Part shown: one piece after another, positions 49,140 through 61,900 of the stretch | How positions within the stretch are numbered: position 1 is the first letter of the stretch | Layout of the letters: the number at the start of each line of letters is the position of its first letter | Assembly (NCBI GenBank): GCA_043228905.1 | Contig: JBHGNT010000012.1 | Coordinates: 21,018,001-21,082,000 of the forward strand | Direction of reading: 5' to 3' | Source of the DNA: Azolla caroliniana | Lineage: Eukaryota > Plantae > Polypodiophyta | DNA: 64,000 nt | Notes under the pieces: model-generated | What the model was told of the DNA's origin: nothing | Database searches by the model: none | Seen by the model: only the letters and a program-made list of their open reading frames with translations | Position numbers and translations under genes: made by a program

Positions 49140-51211
49140 GTGTTGTTCTCTGTTTTACGCTTCCGCAAACACTCACGTTTTCATGGTATCAGAGCGCGAG
49201 GGTTGAGAACCTCTGCTGCAGACATTTACTCTTGAGAAGAAAACCCTAACAGGTCGAAAACAGACACAGTAGAAGACATGGATAGAGGCATGGCTACGTC
49301 GCTCCCGGTGGAGAAGCTCGACAGGAGCAACTACGCATCCTGGTCTTACAAGATGCACCAGTACCTGCTTGGACACGGGTACTGGAGTTATGTCGAAGGA
49401 GCGAATGATGCGGCGCCCGACTCGGCACACAAGGACTTCCCGGTATGGGAACAGGCGGCAAACAGGGTGATGTACTGCTTCGCGTCCAGTGTCGGCGATC
49501 AGCTGCTCAGCCACATCCGTGACGCCAAGACACCGAAGGATGCTTGGGGGAACCTGAAAAAGGTTTTCGCTGCAAGCACCACTGCCCGGAAGCTGCAACT
49601 CAGACGAGAGTTGAGCAATGTTCGACAGAAGAACATGTCCGTGGCAAACTACACGGGCCGAATAAAGGAGATCTGCGACTCACTCGCCTCTATCAATGTT
49701 ACCGTAGAGGAAGACGAGATGGTGCAGGTATGTCTCGGAGGCCTGGCGTCCAAGTTCAGAGCGTTCCGGACTGCGGTGTGTACAAGGGAGAATACCCCCT
49801 CATTCTTCGACTTACAGTCGATGCTCCTTGTAGAGGAGAACCACGCCGGTGCATCTACCAGTGCATCCCCGGACAACCGAATGCTATACACGGGAACGGA
49901 TCGGCTCCATGGGCGTGGTGGAAGAGGTGGGTCGGCACGCAGTGGAGGCGACTGGCAAGAGCAGGAACGGAGGCACTATGAGCGTGCCGACAGCAGTTCC
50001 GGGACTTCCACAAGCAGGGGGAGTCAAGGCGGTGCCGGAGGCCGGCAAGACAAATCCGCTACGGAATGCTGGTACTGTGGTAGAAAAGGCCACAGGGAAA
50101 GCGAGTGCTGGAGAAAGCATGCCGATTCGGACAAATTCGGATCCGGCAAGGCCGGTAAGGATGGCCGGCAAAACTTGCACTACGCAAACGGATCAGGAGG
50201 ATCCGGAACCGGAAAGGCCGGTAAGGGGCCAGCCTTGGTGATGAATCACAAGGCAAACTCAATGAAGAAGACCACTTCCAAAACGGAGGAAGTGTGGTAT
50301 GTTGATTCTGGCGCGTCGAACCATATGACGAGCCACAAAGAGTGGTTCTCCTTTCTGGAGAAACCAGATCAACCAGGAGTAGTCGAAACCGGAGACGACA
50401 CTGCTCACCCAATCGTGCACGTTGGAGAAGTCCCTCTAAGCCACGTCGGACAGAAAGGGAAGCTGATGAACGTATTACACGTTCCGACAATCACGAAGAA
50501 CCTGGTGTCCGTCGGTCAGATTGTCGACCAGGGGATGCAGGTGCGGTTTATGCACCTCGGGTGCTTCATTGAGGATGAGGGCGAAGTCATTGCGCAAGGG
50601 CGCAGAGACGGGAGGATGTTTATCCTCAACACCAATGACTTTGGCACCGCTCTGTTCGCGAAACGACAGAAGGTCGAGTCGGACATCGACCTGTGGCACA
50701 AGCGGATAGGCCACGTCAACTACCGGAGGCAGAGTGTGTGGACAGAGTCTGAAAATAATTTTGAAATTACGTTCTGCTCTCTCTGTCTCTCTGTCTCTGT
50801 CTCTCTGTGTTGTTCTCTGTTTTACGCTTCCGCAAACACTCACGTTTTCAATCTGCAACCAATCGCTTTCATGTGAGGTGAATGGGGAAGAAGATCCCAT
50901 GTCTTGTTTTTGCACAAGGCCTGCATTTCTTAATGCATCACATCGACCCATCGCGGGTCTTTCATGGCTTCAAAAAATGCTTCCGCCTCTCGGACAGTTG
51001 CTATTTTCATAATAAAGGTGTAATGATACGCCAAGTACTCATCACAATCGAATCGACATACATGGTTCTTTTCATGGGTGGACCGGCGTAGCTTCTTGTT
51101 CGCAAAGCCTAATGCTTTCTTCGCTCCATTGGTCCAGATGTCGAGGCCTCCAAACTTACTATCGAGGGAGTGAGTTGTCTCATTGTCCATCAGATCTTCA
51201 TATTTAGACAT
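48058..51211 (-). mobile_element. Ty1/Copia RT fragment (host), split by a younger Copia insertion
   Basis: [33 protein letters not shown]...ETFAPVAKM...YGLKQAPRAW...LYMDDLIIGG...FEMKDLHELHYFL. Confidence 0.9.
48779..50850 (+). mobile_element. Internally deleted Ty1/Copia element: 5' LTR 48779-49183, tRNA-iMet PBS, gag-protease, partial 3' LTR (about 50730-50850)
   Basis: TG...CA LTR, PBS TGGTATCAGAGC at 49184, zinc knuckle CWYCGRKGHRESEC, protease WYVDSGASNHM, pre-integrase LWHKRIGH. Flanked by a 5-bp TSD ATCTA/ATCTG. Confidence 0.95.
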
Positions 51212-52307
51212 CTTGTCCTTCCCTCTGTCGACTTTTGAACTCGGTCGAGATGTGTTGTGATCACTCGGGGGATCTTGTGGGCCACTCAGCTATGTTGTAT
51301 GACCGCTATCTTCGTACATGTGTCCGAGTTTATCTTCTTCTTGTATCTCTTGTTCGACAAATTATGGGTCGTGCGGGGTTGAAATCGGAATCAACTCTGG
51401 TGCGTACCAAGATGCGAACTCGTCGAAAACGACGTCTCAACTTACTCGAACTTTTCAGGTAGATGGGTTGTAGCATTTGCACCCCTTTTGTTCGAGTGAG
51501 TACAACACCAAGATACATTTCTCCGACTTCGGGTCGAGCTTTTGTCGTGTTGTCGCGTGGCGCATGACACACGTGCCAAACATTACGATGTGCGTGTCAC
51601 ACAAGTGCAGACAAGCACTGGGCCTCTATCCGCTAATGGCTATGGAGGAGATGAATTAGCTGTTTTAGGTTTATTGTCGGGTTGTTCTTTGTTGTTCGAA
51701 GACGCACCCGAACTAGAATCCGTAGTACGGTGGATTGATGTGTAAGCGGCAGTAATGTGGTGGTGTGCAACGTTTAGCGGCCGACGACGACGACGAAATG
51801 ATATTTGCCGGTGCTATTTCCTTCTTGAAGACAATTCCAGAGATAGAGTGAATGACCACACGAAATGAAATTGTAGTAGCTGAAGTGACGCACTAATGTG
51901 GCTGTGTGTGTGAGAGAGAGAGAGACGGGAATTCAGGAAGTGTTTAAGTTAGATAGATATATGGATGGAAATTCCAATTCTAGGTTTGAACCCTTGACAT
52001 TAATGTTGAGAAACAAGACAAGTAACCAATAAGATAACTAGGTTTTTTAATATTAAGATGTTGATTCAATACATAGCTTGATTGATTCATAGATTGATCA
52101 CCCCCTTCTTTTCCCTTCCATTCTTTCTTATATAGATGCCCCCATGCATATGATGCATGTGAGGGTGTAAGACATGCATACAATGCATGAGATGCATGCA
52201 ATGCATGATTGCCATTCCGTGCATGATGACCATGTCCCCCATTCAAGCTCTGATGTATGAGCATTTACATGTGAAAAATACAATGATGAGAGTACAACAA
52301 GTAACAA

Positions 52308-52372
52308 CTTAGCCTAATGGTAAGTCAATTGTGTCTTAACTTGGAGGTGCAAGGTTCAAACCTTACTTGCAC
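52308..52372 (+). mobile_element. tRNA-derived SINE head or tRNA pseudogene
   Basis: Box A-like TAGCCTAATGG (52310) and box B-like GGTTCAAACC (52353). Confidence 0.5.
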
Positions 52373-52424
52373 CCCTTGTTATGCACGAAAATGCTACTAG
52401 GCCTTAGGGATTCTCATTTCATTC

Positions 52425-55400
52425 TGTTATCCGTCGGAATTGTAACCGCCAGACAAAATGCGTAAATATATTAGAAGCATTAAGAAAAGAAATGTAACGG
52501 TTCACGCGGGAAGCGTTAACGGCTAAACGCCCTGTGTATATAAAGAGCAGAAATCCTCTATAAGAGGTAGCGTGAGGTTTTTCTTTTCTAACAGTATCTT
52601 ATCTTCTCTAATTTTATGTGTCTGGGATACCCGTGTTGTCTTGTGTAATCTCTATACTATTTGTAAGTATGTCTCTATAAGCATAGGGCACGAGTAGCGT
52701 AGTAGCGCACTCAGGTTCTCGGTCGTAGCCGTGAACCTTCACCCATAGATACACATTGTTACGCCACCAACGGAGTACGGCATACCTTGCCACGCAATCA
52801 CCTTGAGGTCTATCTCGAAGGACTGAGATAGACAGTGTCCCGTATTGGTAACACGTTTGGCACGCCCGGTGATCTATGATTTCTTGCAGACAAACATCTG
52901 GGATAGATGTGTCGACAAATTTTGCAGAAACCAGTTCCAGTCCAACGATGGTAGACCATCACAACCTCGCCATTAAACTAGTGATACAGGGTCAAGAAGT
53001 CGATGGATGTATAGTCGATGGGGCTTCCGGCGTCAATGTCATTAGTACGACTACATGCGAACGATTAGGAATTTCGAATTGGGAAGTTTTCCCTTTTTGG
53101 CTTCGCATGGCAGACACCAGATATGTCCGACCCTTAGGGTTGATCCAGAAATTAGGCATTATCTTCGGCGGTCATCGTTTTGACATTTCAGACGTGGTAT
53201 CAACACTTGACGTGCCAGGAGTGTACCCAATATTGCTCGGCAGACCGTGGCTTCGGGCGGCTAACATCAAACAGGACTGGCAGCATAATTGTATCAGTTT
53301 CCGACGAGGACGCAGCAAAATCCGCCTACCCACTCAGGAAATGGTTGCACAACCCAAGGGCATAACACCATTATATGCAGAAGACATAAATATGCTAGAA
53401 GGGGTAGATGATGCGGAGCTGGAAGCATACCTTGATAATCACCTGCAGATAGTCCCATTATTTGAAATTGATATTATAGAAACCGTTGCGGATTACGCGC
53501 CCAGTAATACGCTTTAGGAAGAGGCGTACGAGCCGGATACAGAATCGTTACTAGAGCTAAGTAGGGCACGAGCAACATTTGACCGGGAAATGGAAATCTC
53601 ACAGCGAGTCTCTGGCTCAGCATTAGAAGACATCAACGTCGAAACGACAACAGATCCAATGAGTACTCTCGATTGTAAAGGATTTACCCCTGAGTCAGAA
53701 GGAAGCGATGATAATGTTGCTCAAGGAATATAAAGATGTGTTCGCTTGGTCCCACGAAGACATGAAGGGGTTGGACCCGAAGTTTTACCAGCATAAGATC
53801 AACTTAGCTACCGAGGCAAAACCCATACAACAACGTCGATGTCAAATGAATCCGAATTACGCGGTTCACATAAAAGAGGAAATTGACAAACTTCTTGAGG
53901 CAGGGTTTATTCGACTAGTTAAGCAAGCTACATGACTAAGCCCAATAGTCATAGTACCGAAGAAAAATGGCAAAATCCGCGTTTGCGTAGACTATCAGAA
54001 ATTGAACGTTGTAACAATTACATATGCGTTCCCCTTACCTTTCACCGACAGCGTACTAGACGCAGTCACAAGGCATGACATGTACAATTTTTTGGACGGC
54101 TTCAGCGGATATAATCAAGTGTGCATGCATCTTGACGACCAAGAGAAAATGGCGTTTGTCACTAACTGGGGGGTTTATGTCGCAGTAGTCATGATGTTTG
54201 GGTTAAAGACGACACTTGCCACATTCCAGCGGACAATTACGGAATTTTTTTGGGAATACATACCCGCCTTTATGCAAGTCTTTCTGGACGATTTCGCGGT
54301 GTATGGGACAACAGGCAAACATCTGAGTCATTTACGGCTTTGTCTGGAGTGCTATTGTACTTCACGTTTAAGTCTGAATCCGGCTAAATGCACATTCGGC
54401 GTCGCCAGTGGAGTCCTCCTCGGCCATATCGTAAGCAAGGAGGGGATAGCGGTGGACCCGAATAAAATTTCTGCGATCATTCAAGCAAAAACACGACGAC
54501 TACCAAAACACTTAGTCGTTTCCTAGGACAAATATGTTGGCATAGTTGTATGTTACAGTATTTGGCAGATTTCGCTACGCCACTACACGCCGTCGTACAC
54601 CTCACACCTTTCAAATGGACGGCGATCGAAGAAAAAGCATACGACACACTTAAGATAATGTTAACACAACCACCGGTCGTACAACCACCGGATTGGGTGA
54701 AACCATTCCATGTCTTTGTGGATGCTTCAAATATAGCAATGGGCAGCGCGTTGATGTAGCTCACGGAGCTGAATTGGTACAGACCAGTCTATTACACCAA
54801 TTGAAAGCTATCAACGGCTGAACGTAACTACTCCACAACAGAACGAGAGGCGTTGGGAATGATATACAACATCAATAAATTCCGCCATTATTTGCTAGGG
54901 CGAAAATTAACGTTTCACATAGATCATGAGGCGTTGCTCTACCTTGTGGAGAAACAGGCGCTGGCAGGGAAACTGGCTAGATGGATGCTATTACTCCAAG
55001 AATTCAACTTCAAAATTCAGCATCGCCCAGGTACGCAACACGTTGTAGCAGATTTCTTAAGCAGGGTGGATAACAAGGAAACTGCAAGGAAAGATGACGA
55101 TCACTTTCCCGATGCAGATGTGCTGAGGGTCGCGATGATAGCATTACAGGAAGAGAAAATTTTTCCAGATCGATGGCTGATGGAAATGACGTACTTTCTG
55201 ACTACATGAGTGCCTCCGCCATAATTAAGGACGGATGAAAAGAAGCGATTGGTTGTCCATAGCCGTAACTTTTGCCTGGTTGAAGGAACACTATATCACA
55301 AGGGCATCGATGGAATCTGGCGACGCGGGGTACGTCAGGATGAGAAGGAAGTTGTTTTGCGTGAAGCTCACTGCTGTACGGCAGGGGGGCACTATGTGGG

Positions 55401-58400
55401 AGATGTTATGGCCAGAAAAATATGGCAAGCTGGTCTATGGTGGCCTACCACGCAAAAGTACGCGCACCTCTATTGCAAGCAGTGTGATTTATGTCAACGA
55501 TTGGGTCAGCCCATGGAGGGTGTGAGAAGGCCACATCAACCCGTTCTTCCGCTAGATCCATTCCAGAAGTGCGGTCTTGATTTTGTGGAACCCTTTACAC
55601 CGGAAGCAGCGCGAACAGGTAATAGATATATTCTGGTAGCCACGGACTATTGCACTAAGTGGGTGGAAGCAAAGGCGTTACGAGATAACACGGCGGCATC
55701 TACGGCAAAATGTCTGTATGAATACATCTGGTGCCGTTTTGGTTGCCCCATTGAGCTCATCAGTGATCAAGGGAATCACTTTCTGAATTTAGTCATCCAC
55801 GACCTCACGCATCGTTACGTCGTCGTCCATAAGAAAAGCACGTCGTACTATCCACAGGCGAATGGACTAGCAGAGTCCACGAACAAAACCTTGCAGACAA
55901 TACTGAAGAAGATCGTGAATGAAAATAGAACGGACTGGGATACTAAATTACACAGCGCTTTATGGGCGTATCGGACCAGCTATAAGACTAGCATACAGTC
56001 TACGCCATTCCGGCTGGCATTTGGGTTAGAAGCCGTAATGCCCGTCAAATTCCAGGTGCCAAGTCTGCGGATTCAAGTGCGAGACCGACTAGTGGAAGGC
56101 TAATCCGAGTAGCTACGGTTACAACAACTCCTCGAATTAGGAGACGCTCGGGTAGATAGTATGGACATACTGGAGCAGGAATAGAGACGACGTAAAGCAT
56201 TCGTCGATCGACATCGAGTCACATGGGGGAAGAACTTCGTAGTCGGAAAGACTGTATTGGTCTTTCAAACACGCATGGGTCAAATGCCCGGAAAATTGAG
56301 ATTCCGCTGGACGGGGCCGTTTTGGATAGTTGGAGCGGAAAACAACACTTTTCAATTAGACACCTTGTCCAAAGAGGTACTTCGACAGAAAGTAAATGGG
56401 TTCCGGTTGAAACCCTATCTGGGACCTACGCCTCCAAACCCATTCCACATTGTGACTGCCACACCAGAGGGGCCCGTACATTAATTAATAAGCTAGGGGC
56501 CACTTGTAAAATACTGTAAACAATAATCATGTATTTAACCGTTAAAAAAGAAAGAAAGAGAAGAGAAGGTAGTGATGACTATTAAAAGGGGCTTTATGCA
56601 TGGACAAACTTCTAGGGCAAGAACACGCGACACTACGATGTCACACAAACCAATGCACCCTAAACCACAAAAAGAGGAAAGCAGAAGGTTTTCTGCACAT
56701 TACAGACAACAAACCTCTCCTCGCTCTCTTCGCTCTTCTCGCTCGCCTCGCTTTCCACCATACAACAGAGCTCGCGCTCACCATAACTTGCAATCTTCAA
56801 CTAGCCTTCACGAGCCCCATCCACCCCCGATGTCGATCACTATCTCTACAACTCTACACAAATGGCTCCTAGAAAAGGGGTTTGAGGGTTATATCAGGGT
56901 CGCCGAAGCGTCACTGCACCTTGAGGCTTTTGACATAGCCAAGAAGTTGAATATAGACACAATGACGAACGCCACCGTTCGGAAGGAACTCGGGTTATCG
57001 GCGATAGGGGAAAAGCACTTCGACATTTCTCCTACAGAAATGCTCAGGAAATATTTTGGAGAATATTCTACGTTGGCTAAAGCATACAGAATGAAGGATA
57101 TTCCAAATCCATTTTTTCGGGAAGTCGCCAAGTTCCTACTAGAGGTCAAGTGCGTACACATCAATGCATACGGGATGCCTAAACAAAAACCAAGCGTCAT
57201 CATCGAAACCTTTGAAAGACGTGTCGTACACTAGGGTGTAATGAGGGAAGGACTCTACGCGTATCAAGCTAGACAAAAACTCTGGCCGATCATTCAACAA
57301 TACCTTACCATACTATTTCCTCCTCGCGAACTCCCCGCCCCCACACCAAGCGAACCGACACCTCCGCTGCGATCCGCGAAACGACGGCTAGCAGAGTTAG
57401 CTACCACCGAATGGGAGGAAGAAGCACAACCTTCTCCTACCACCCAGCAGACGACACAGAAGGCACCACCGGCCAAAGACACGGAGACGCAACCCTCCAC
57501 GACAACAGCGGAGCAAGAGCCCGCCGGTGACAGTCCCAGACCCAAATGGCGACAATTACACCGAAAGGACGGCCGCAGATTGGTAAAAGATACGGCCTTC
57601 ACCACCGAAACGACCGCCCCTGCAGAGCCCACTACGACACTGGAGATATTCCGCGAACCGCAACCCATCATTACAACACAATCTCAACGGGGCAAAGGAG
57701 TGCTTACGGCGGAAAGGGAAGTCCTGACATATCCGGACATTCGGAACACGACACATGAGTTCAGTGCGTTATTGTAGTATGGTACCACATATGAGCTCAT
57801 GGAATTTTTAGTGACTCACTAGATCAAGGTGTCACAACGAATGGCCGAAGAACACGCCGAGTAGCAGATGGTGGAGCACGCACTAACGCAAACAGCGGAA
57901 AGCGAGGATGAGGCGCCTCTAGCCAAGGTAGGTAGGCAGCGGAACGCGGGGATTTGGCATATGAGCATTGAACTACCCCCATTGAATGCGGCCCTTGTCG
58001 AGGCAAATCGGGAATTGGCTAGAGTCAGTATGGGCGCCAAGGATATGGCTATCAAGAATAAAAACGTTTGGAAAACAGTCAAGCTAACTCAAGCCCAATT
58101 ACAGAAGGCCTAAGAGCGCATTACGAAGCTAGAACACAACATCACTATGGCACTGCAAAACCATAAACCAGCATCCGGCGAAGACACATCGATAACCCTA
58201 CAAGAGGAGATTGCAGCACAAAAGGCCATCACCGCTAAAGCAAAAAGGGCTATGCAGCTTGCGGAGTCCGAGATTTACCACCTCCGCGCCGAACTCCGCC
58301 AATCCTCTGATAGAGAAACGGACATCCGGGCCAAAGGCCGAAGGGCAGTGAAGGAACTCGAAGCGGAGGTAGCAGCGCACACCAGCACGAAAGAAGAAAA

Positions 58401-58923
58401 CAACAAGCTATGGGAGGAAGCCCTAAAGTCGAAAGCGGCGATCTTAGGACTCCGGGAGTTACTGGAAAAGAAGAAAGCGTGGTACGATGAGCAGCTCGTA
58501 CGGGAACGGGAGATGAAGCATCAGGTAGAAGTCCGCCTGAATAATGAAATGGGCCGGTTGGAGGAACTACACTTGAAAGAATCCCAGATATGGGTAGAGA
58601 TGAAAAACCATTATGAGGAAGCGTTTGCGCTTAATAAGTGAGAAATCGAAAACCTCAAAAAAACCTTGGAAGAAGCGCAAAATTGCTCCCAAGTGATAAC
58701 AAATAACGTACGCATACTTCTTCAAACAAATCGGGAGAGGTTTACGGCGCAATTAAAAATGATGCTAGACAAAGGTTGGATGACGCGGGCAACACAAGTG
58801 GCGGAGTTGCATACCTACCGGGCGGACTGGGAGAACAGAAGGAAAGAAGGCCGAGGTTTCTACAAACTCAATGAGGAGGCATTGTGGCAGTACGCGAGGA
58901 CCTAGCACATGATTATCGCACAC
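52425..58923 (+). mobile_element. Ty3/Gypsy non-chromovirus element: 5' LTR 52425-52853, PBS, gag deleted, PR-RT-RH-INT, extra 3' ORF
   Basis: TGTTA...TAACA LTR and PBS TGGCACGCCCGGTG (52858). PR IVDGASGVN; RT FLDGFSGYNQ/FLDDF; RH VDASN, TEREAL; INT H..GGH..C..C, DFV, ISDQG, YPQANGLAE. Many in-frame stops. Confidence 0.93.
56572..58905 (+). pseudogene. Accessory 3' ORF of the Gypsy element (Pro/Thr-rich linker plus long coiled-coil-like region)
   Basis: Five ORF pieces (56572, 57241, 57868, 58147, 58666) are all in one frame and separated only by point stops. The C-terminal half is E/K/A/L-rich. Confidence 0.8.
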
Positions 58924-61900
58924 TGTCGTGAAGAAAACCGTCCACAAGCGGAATCGGTGCACAGGAGCGTAGGAACCGGCTCTTCTCGAATGTTGTCCAT
59001 AGAAGATCCTAGGCGAGTAGATTTAGTGGGTAGGAAGTAAAGGGGAAACGGCTCCTTCCTTGCCTATAAAAAGGAGGGAGACGAGAAGGGGGAGGGCATC
59101 GCGGAGAGTCGAGGACGAAGTGCTGTCGGTTTGCGTGCGAAGGCTTCTCTCTCTCTCTCTGGTTCGCAAACTCCATAGCTTCCTTCTGTGCAGGTTTTGG
59201 GAGGCTCGCGCTGCTTTGAGGAATGCCCGAGTGCTTCCGGCAGCACCTCCAACCTGCTCCTGTCTTTCTGTGCGTTTACGAACAGGCATCGGCATCTGTT
59301 CGCTGGCCTGTTCGGTTGTAACCGACTTCGTGTTTTTGTTGCTTCCGTGTTCTTGTTGTTTTCTTTGTTAATACATACATACATTCGTGTCTCTCTGTGT
59401 TGCTGTCCCACTCGCGTCTTTGTGTCGAAGGGCCGTGTCCCTGTGAATCTACGCTCGCACGTAGTGGGTCTCTTGTCTTTTCTCTCTTGCTCTTCGGTAC
59501 AGGACCCCTGAGGTCCCACCTCATTCCACGCATCCGCGAGGAAAACCTCGACATCTTGGTGAACCCGACGTGAAAGAGGCGGCAAAAGAGCAGAAGATGA
59601 AGGGGTCGGATCTTGCAGAGGCCATGGCTTCGGCCGTGGATCAGATATTGAGTGCACGCGAGGGCACCGACGCCCTCGACAGAGCCATTGAGGCGGTCGT
59701 CGGTACGATCGGCCGGTTCAGCGGAAAGGATGCCACGAAGTATTTGGCGTCCTACGGGGCAGAAATGCTGATGCGGGACATTCCGGAAGAGAGGCGTCTT
59801 GCCGTGTTTCCTCGAGTGGCATTGCCAAGCATCCATGCGGAGGTGCTCGAGGTGCGGGCGGAGAGCCATACCTGGGAGGAGTTCGAAGGCCGACTCCTAG
59901 AAAAATACGGGCTGGACGACGCACTCCGGCTTTCGAAACGGGACTTCATGGAATGGGTGGAGTCCCCCGGCAAGGGAAGAAACGCGTCGGCACTCCTCTG
60001 GGAGTTCGAAGAACGCTTTGCGCGCCTTTCGACGCTTGACCGAACCGTTCTGGATACGAGCCGGGTCCTATTGTTCGTCAAGTCGGTGGACGAGCGGGAC
60101 AAAGATCAAGTCGGCTCCTTGCTGGAAACCGAAGACGGGCTGACAACCGAATGGGCTGCGGTTAAGAGAGTCTGTGGCCGTTTCGACAAACGGCGAGAAT
60201 GGGCTGACAACGGGGCGGCCGGTGCGGGCTCTGTCACAGCAAGGAGGCTTGAACCGGCACCGCAAGTGCGAAGGGAAGAAACCCGGGAATGGCTCGAAAC
60301 CGGTCCGGCTTCGACCGGCATGGTTAATGGCTCGTCCGGAGGAGCAGCGCTGGAGGAGTTGACGCGGGCGATAAAGGATCTCCAGATCGCCCAGACTCGA
60401 AGGGAAGGCGGCGAACCGGCTTGTGACTGACGGCCGGCAGTAGGGAACAGGTGCATGTGGTGCGACGAGGTCGGCCACATCCGGAAGGACTGCGGCGCTG
60501 TCGCAGAAGCGTTGAGGAACCGGGTGGTGTACCTGTGGGAAGGCCGGGTGCACGCCGGCGACACCAGGAGGGCCCTTAACCGAAACGACGGGCAAGGAGG
60601 AATGAAGAGACTGATGGAAGAGGCAGCGGCCCGACACGTGGAGGCCATCCACTACTCGGCGTCGGCCGGTATTCGGGTCGGGGGCAGCGAGGCCCGAAAG
60701 GAGAGCAAGGACGGGTTCTGGTCGGCAATGCTGGAAGGCCTTGCCGGCGTACGGCTAAGGAAAGATGAAACAGACCGCGCTGAGAGAGGGGTCCGGGAAA
60801 TAACCGGGTGGAGCGATCCGGTCGAGGAGAAGACGGGCTTTGTAGAAGCCGCTTGCCAGAACTACGAGGCTCTGGTTGAAGACAAATGGGTGGGGAAAGC
60901 CGGAGCGGCTGGGCCCTCACAACGGTACGAGACTCGATTCGGGCAACGACGGAACGATGCCGGTGGGTCCAGCTCGCAAGATAACCCCAGGAAGGGCGGA
61001 TACCGACTGGGGACGGAAATAGAAAGGACTACGGACCTACGAAAGGTCCTAGAAGAACGGATCCTCGACAGCAAAGTGGAGCTGTCATTGCGAGAGGTGC
61101 TAGGGATCGCAAAGAAGGAGTTCCACGACTCCATTGTGGACCTGGTGAAACGGAAGAGGCTGTCGACGGAGACGGAACCGGAAAGACTGGTGGAGGTGCG
61201 GACGACGCACATCGACGAGATGGCACTGGAAGATGAGTGGGCGGAGAGCCACTATTCAAGGCCGCACTGGGCCCGAGCGACCACGGAGACCCCGGTAAAG
61301 ATCGGAGATGTTCAGGAACCGGTGGTGGCATTGGTGGACCACGGTTCGGAAATAAACCTGATGTCCATGGACTTCTATAAGAAGGGGAAGTGGCCGATCA
61401 ACACCAAGCACAGGTGGAAGATACGAGCGGCGACGCGCGCCACCGAGGAACTGCACGGGGCCTGCCCGAACGTGCGAGTCAAGATTGGCGATGTCGAGAT
61501 TGACTAGCACTTCTTCGTATAGGAGACGTCCTCGCACCCGGTCATTTTAGGGGAACCATACATCACGGCGGCGCGAATGGAGACCAAGGTGCTGGACAAC
61601 GGTTCGGCCTACGCGAGGGTCAAAAGCCAGGACGGGCGCCATTCGGTCCAATTTCTGACGGTGCGGCCGAACCACGAGTGAAACCGCGAATCCCTCGGTG
61701 GCGAGAACCGGGAGGATTTTTAGAGAGGGCTGCCAAGGCGTGGGGCCGAGACAGCCCGGACACTCGGAAAAGACCCCACGACTGTACGATAGGTAGGAAA
61801 TTTTGCTTCTCCAACAACGGAGGGTGTATAGTAGTCGGCATCATCGGCCGAGAAAGGACAAGGGCGGAAGTGCGACTTCGAGCGTGCGGAGTTCTCGGCC

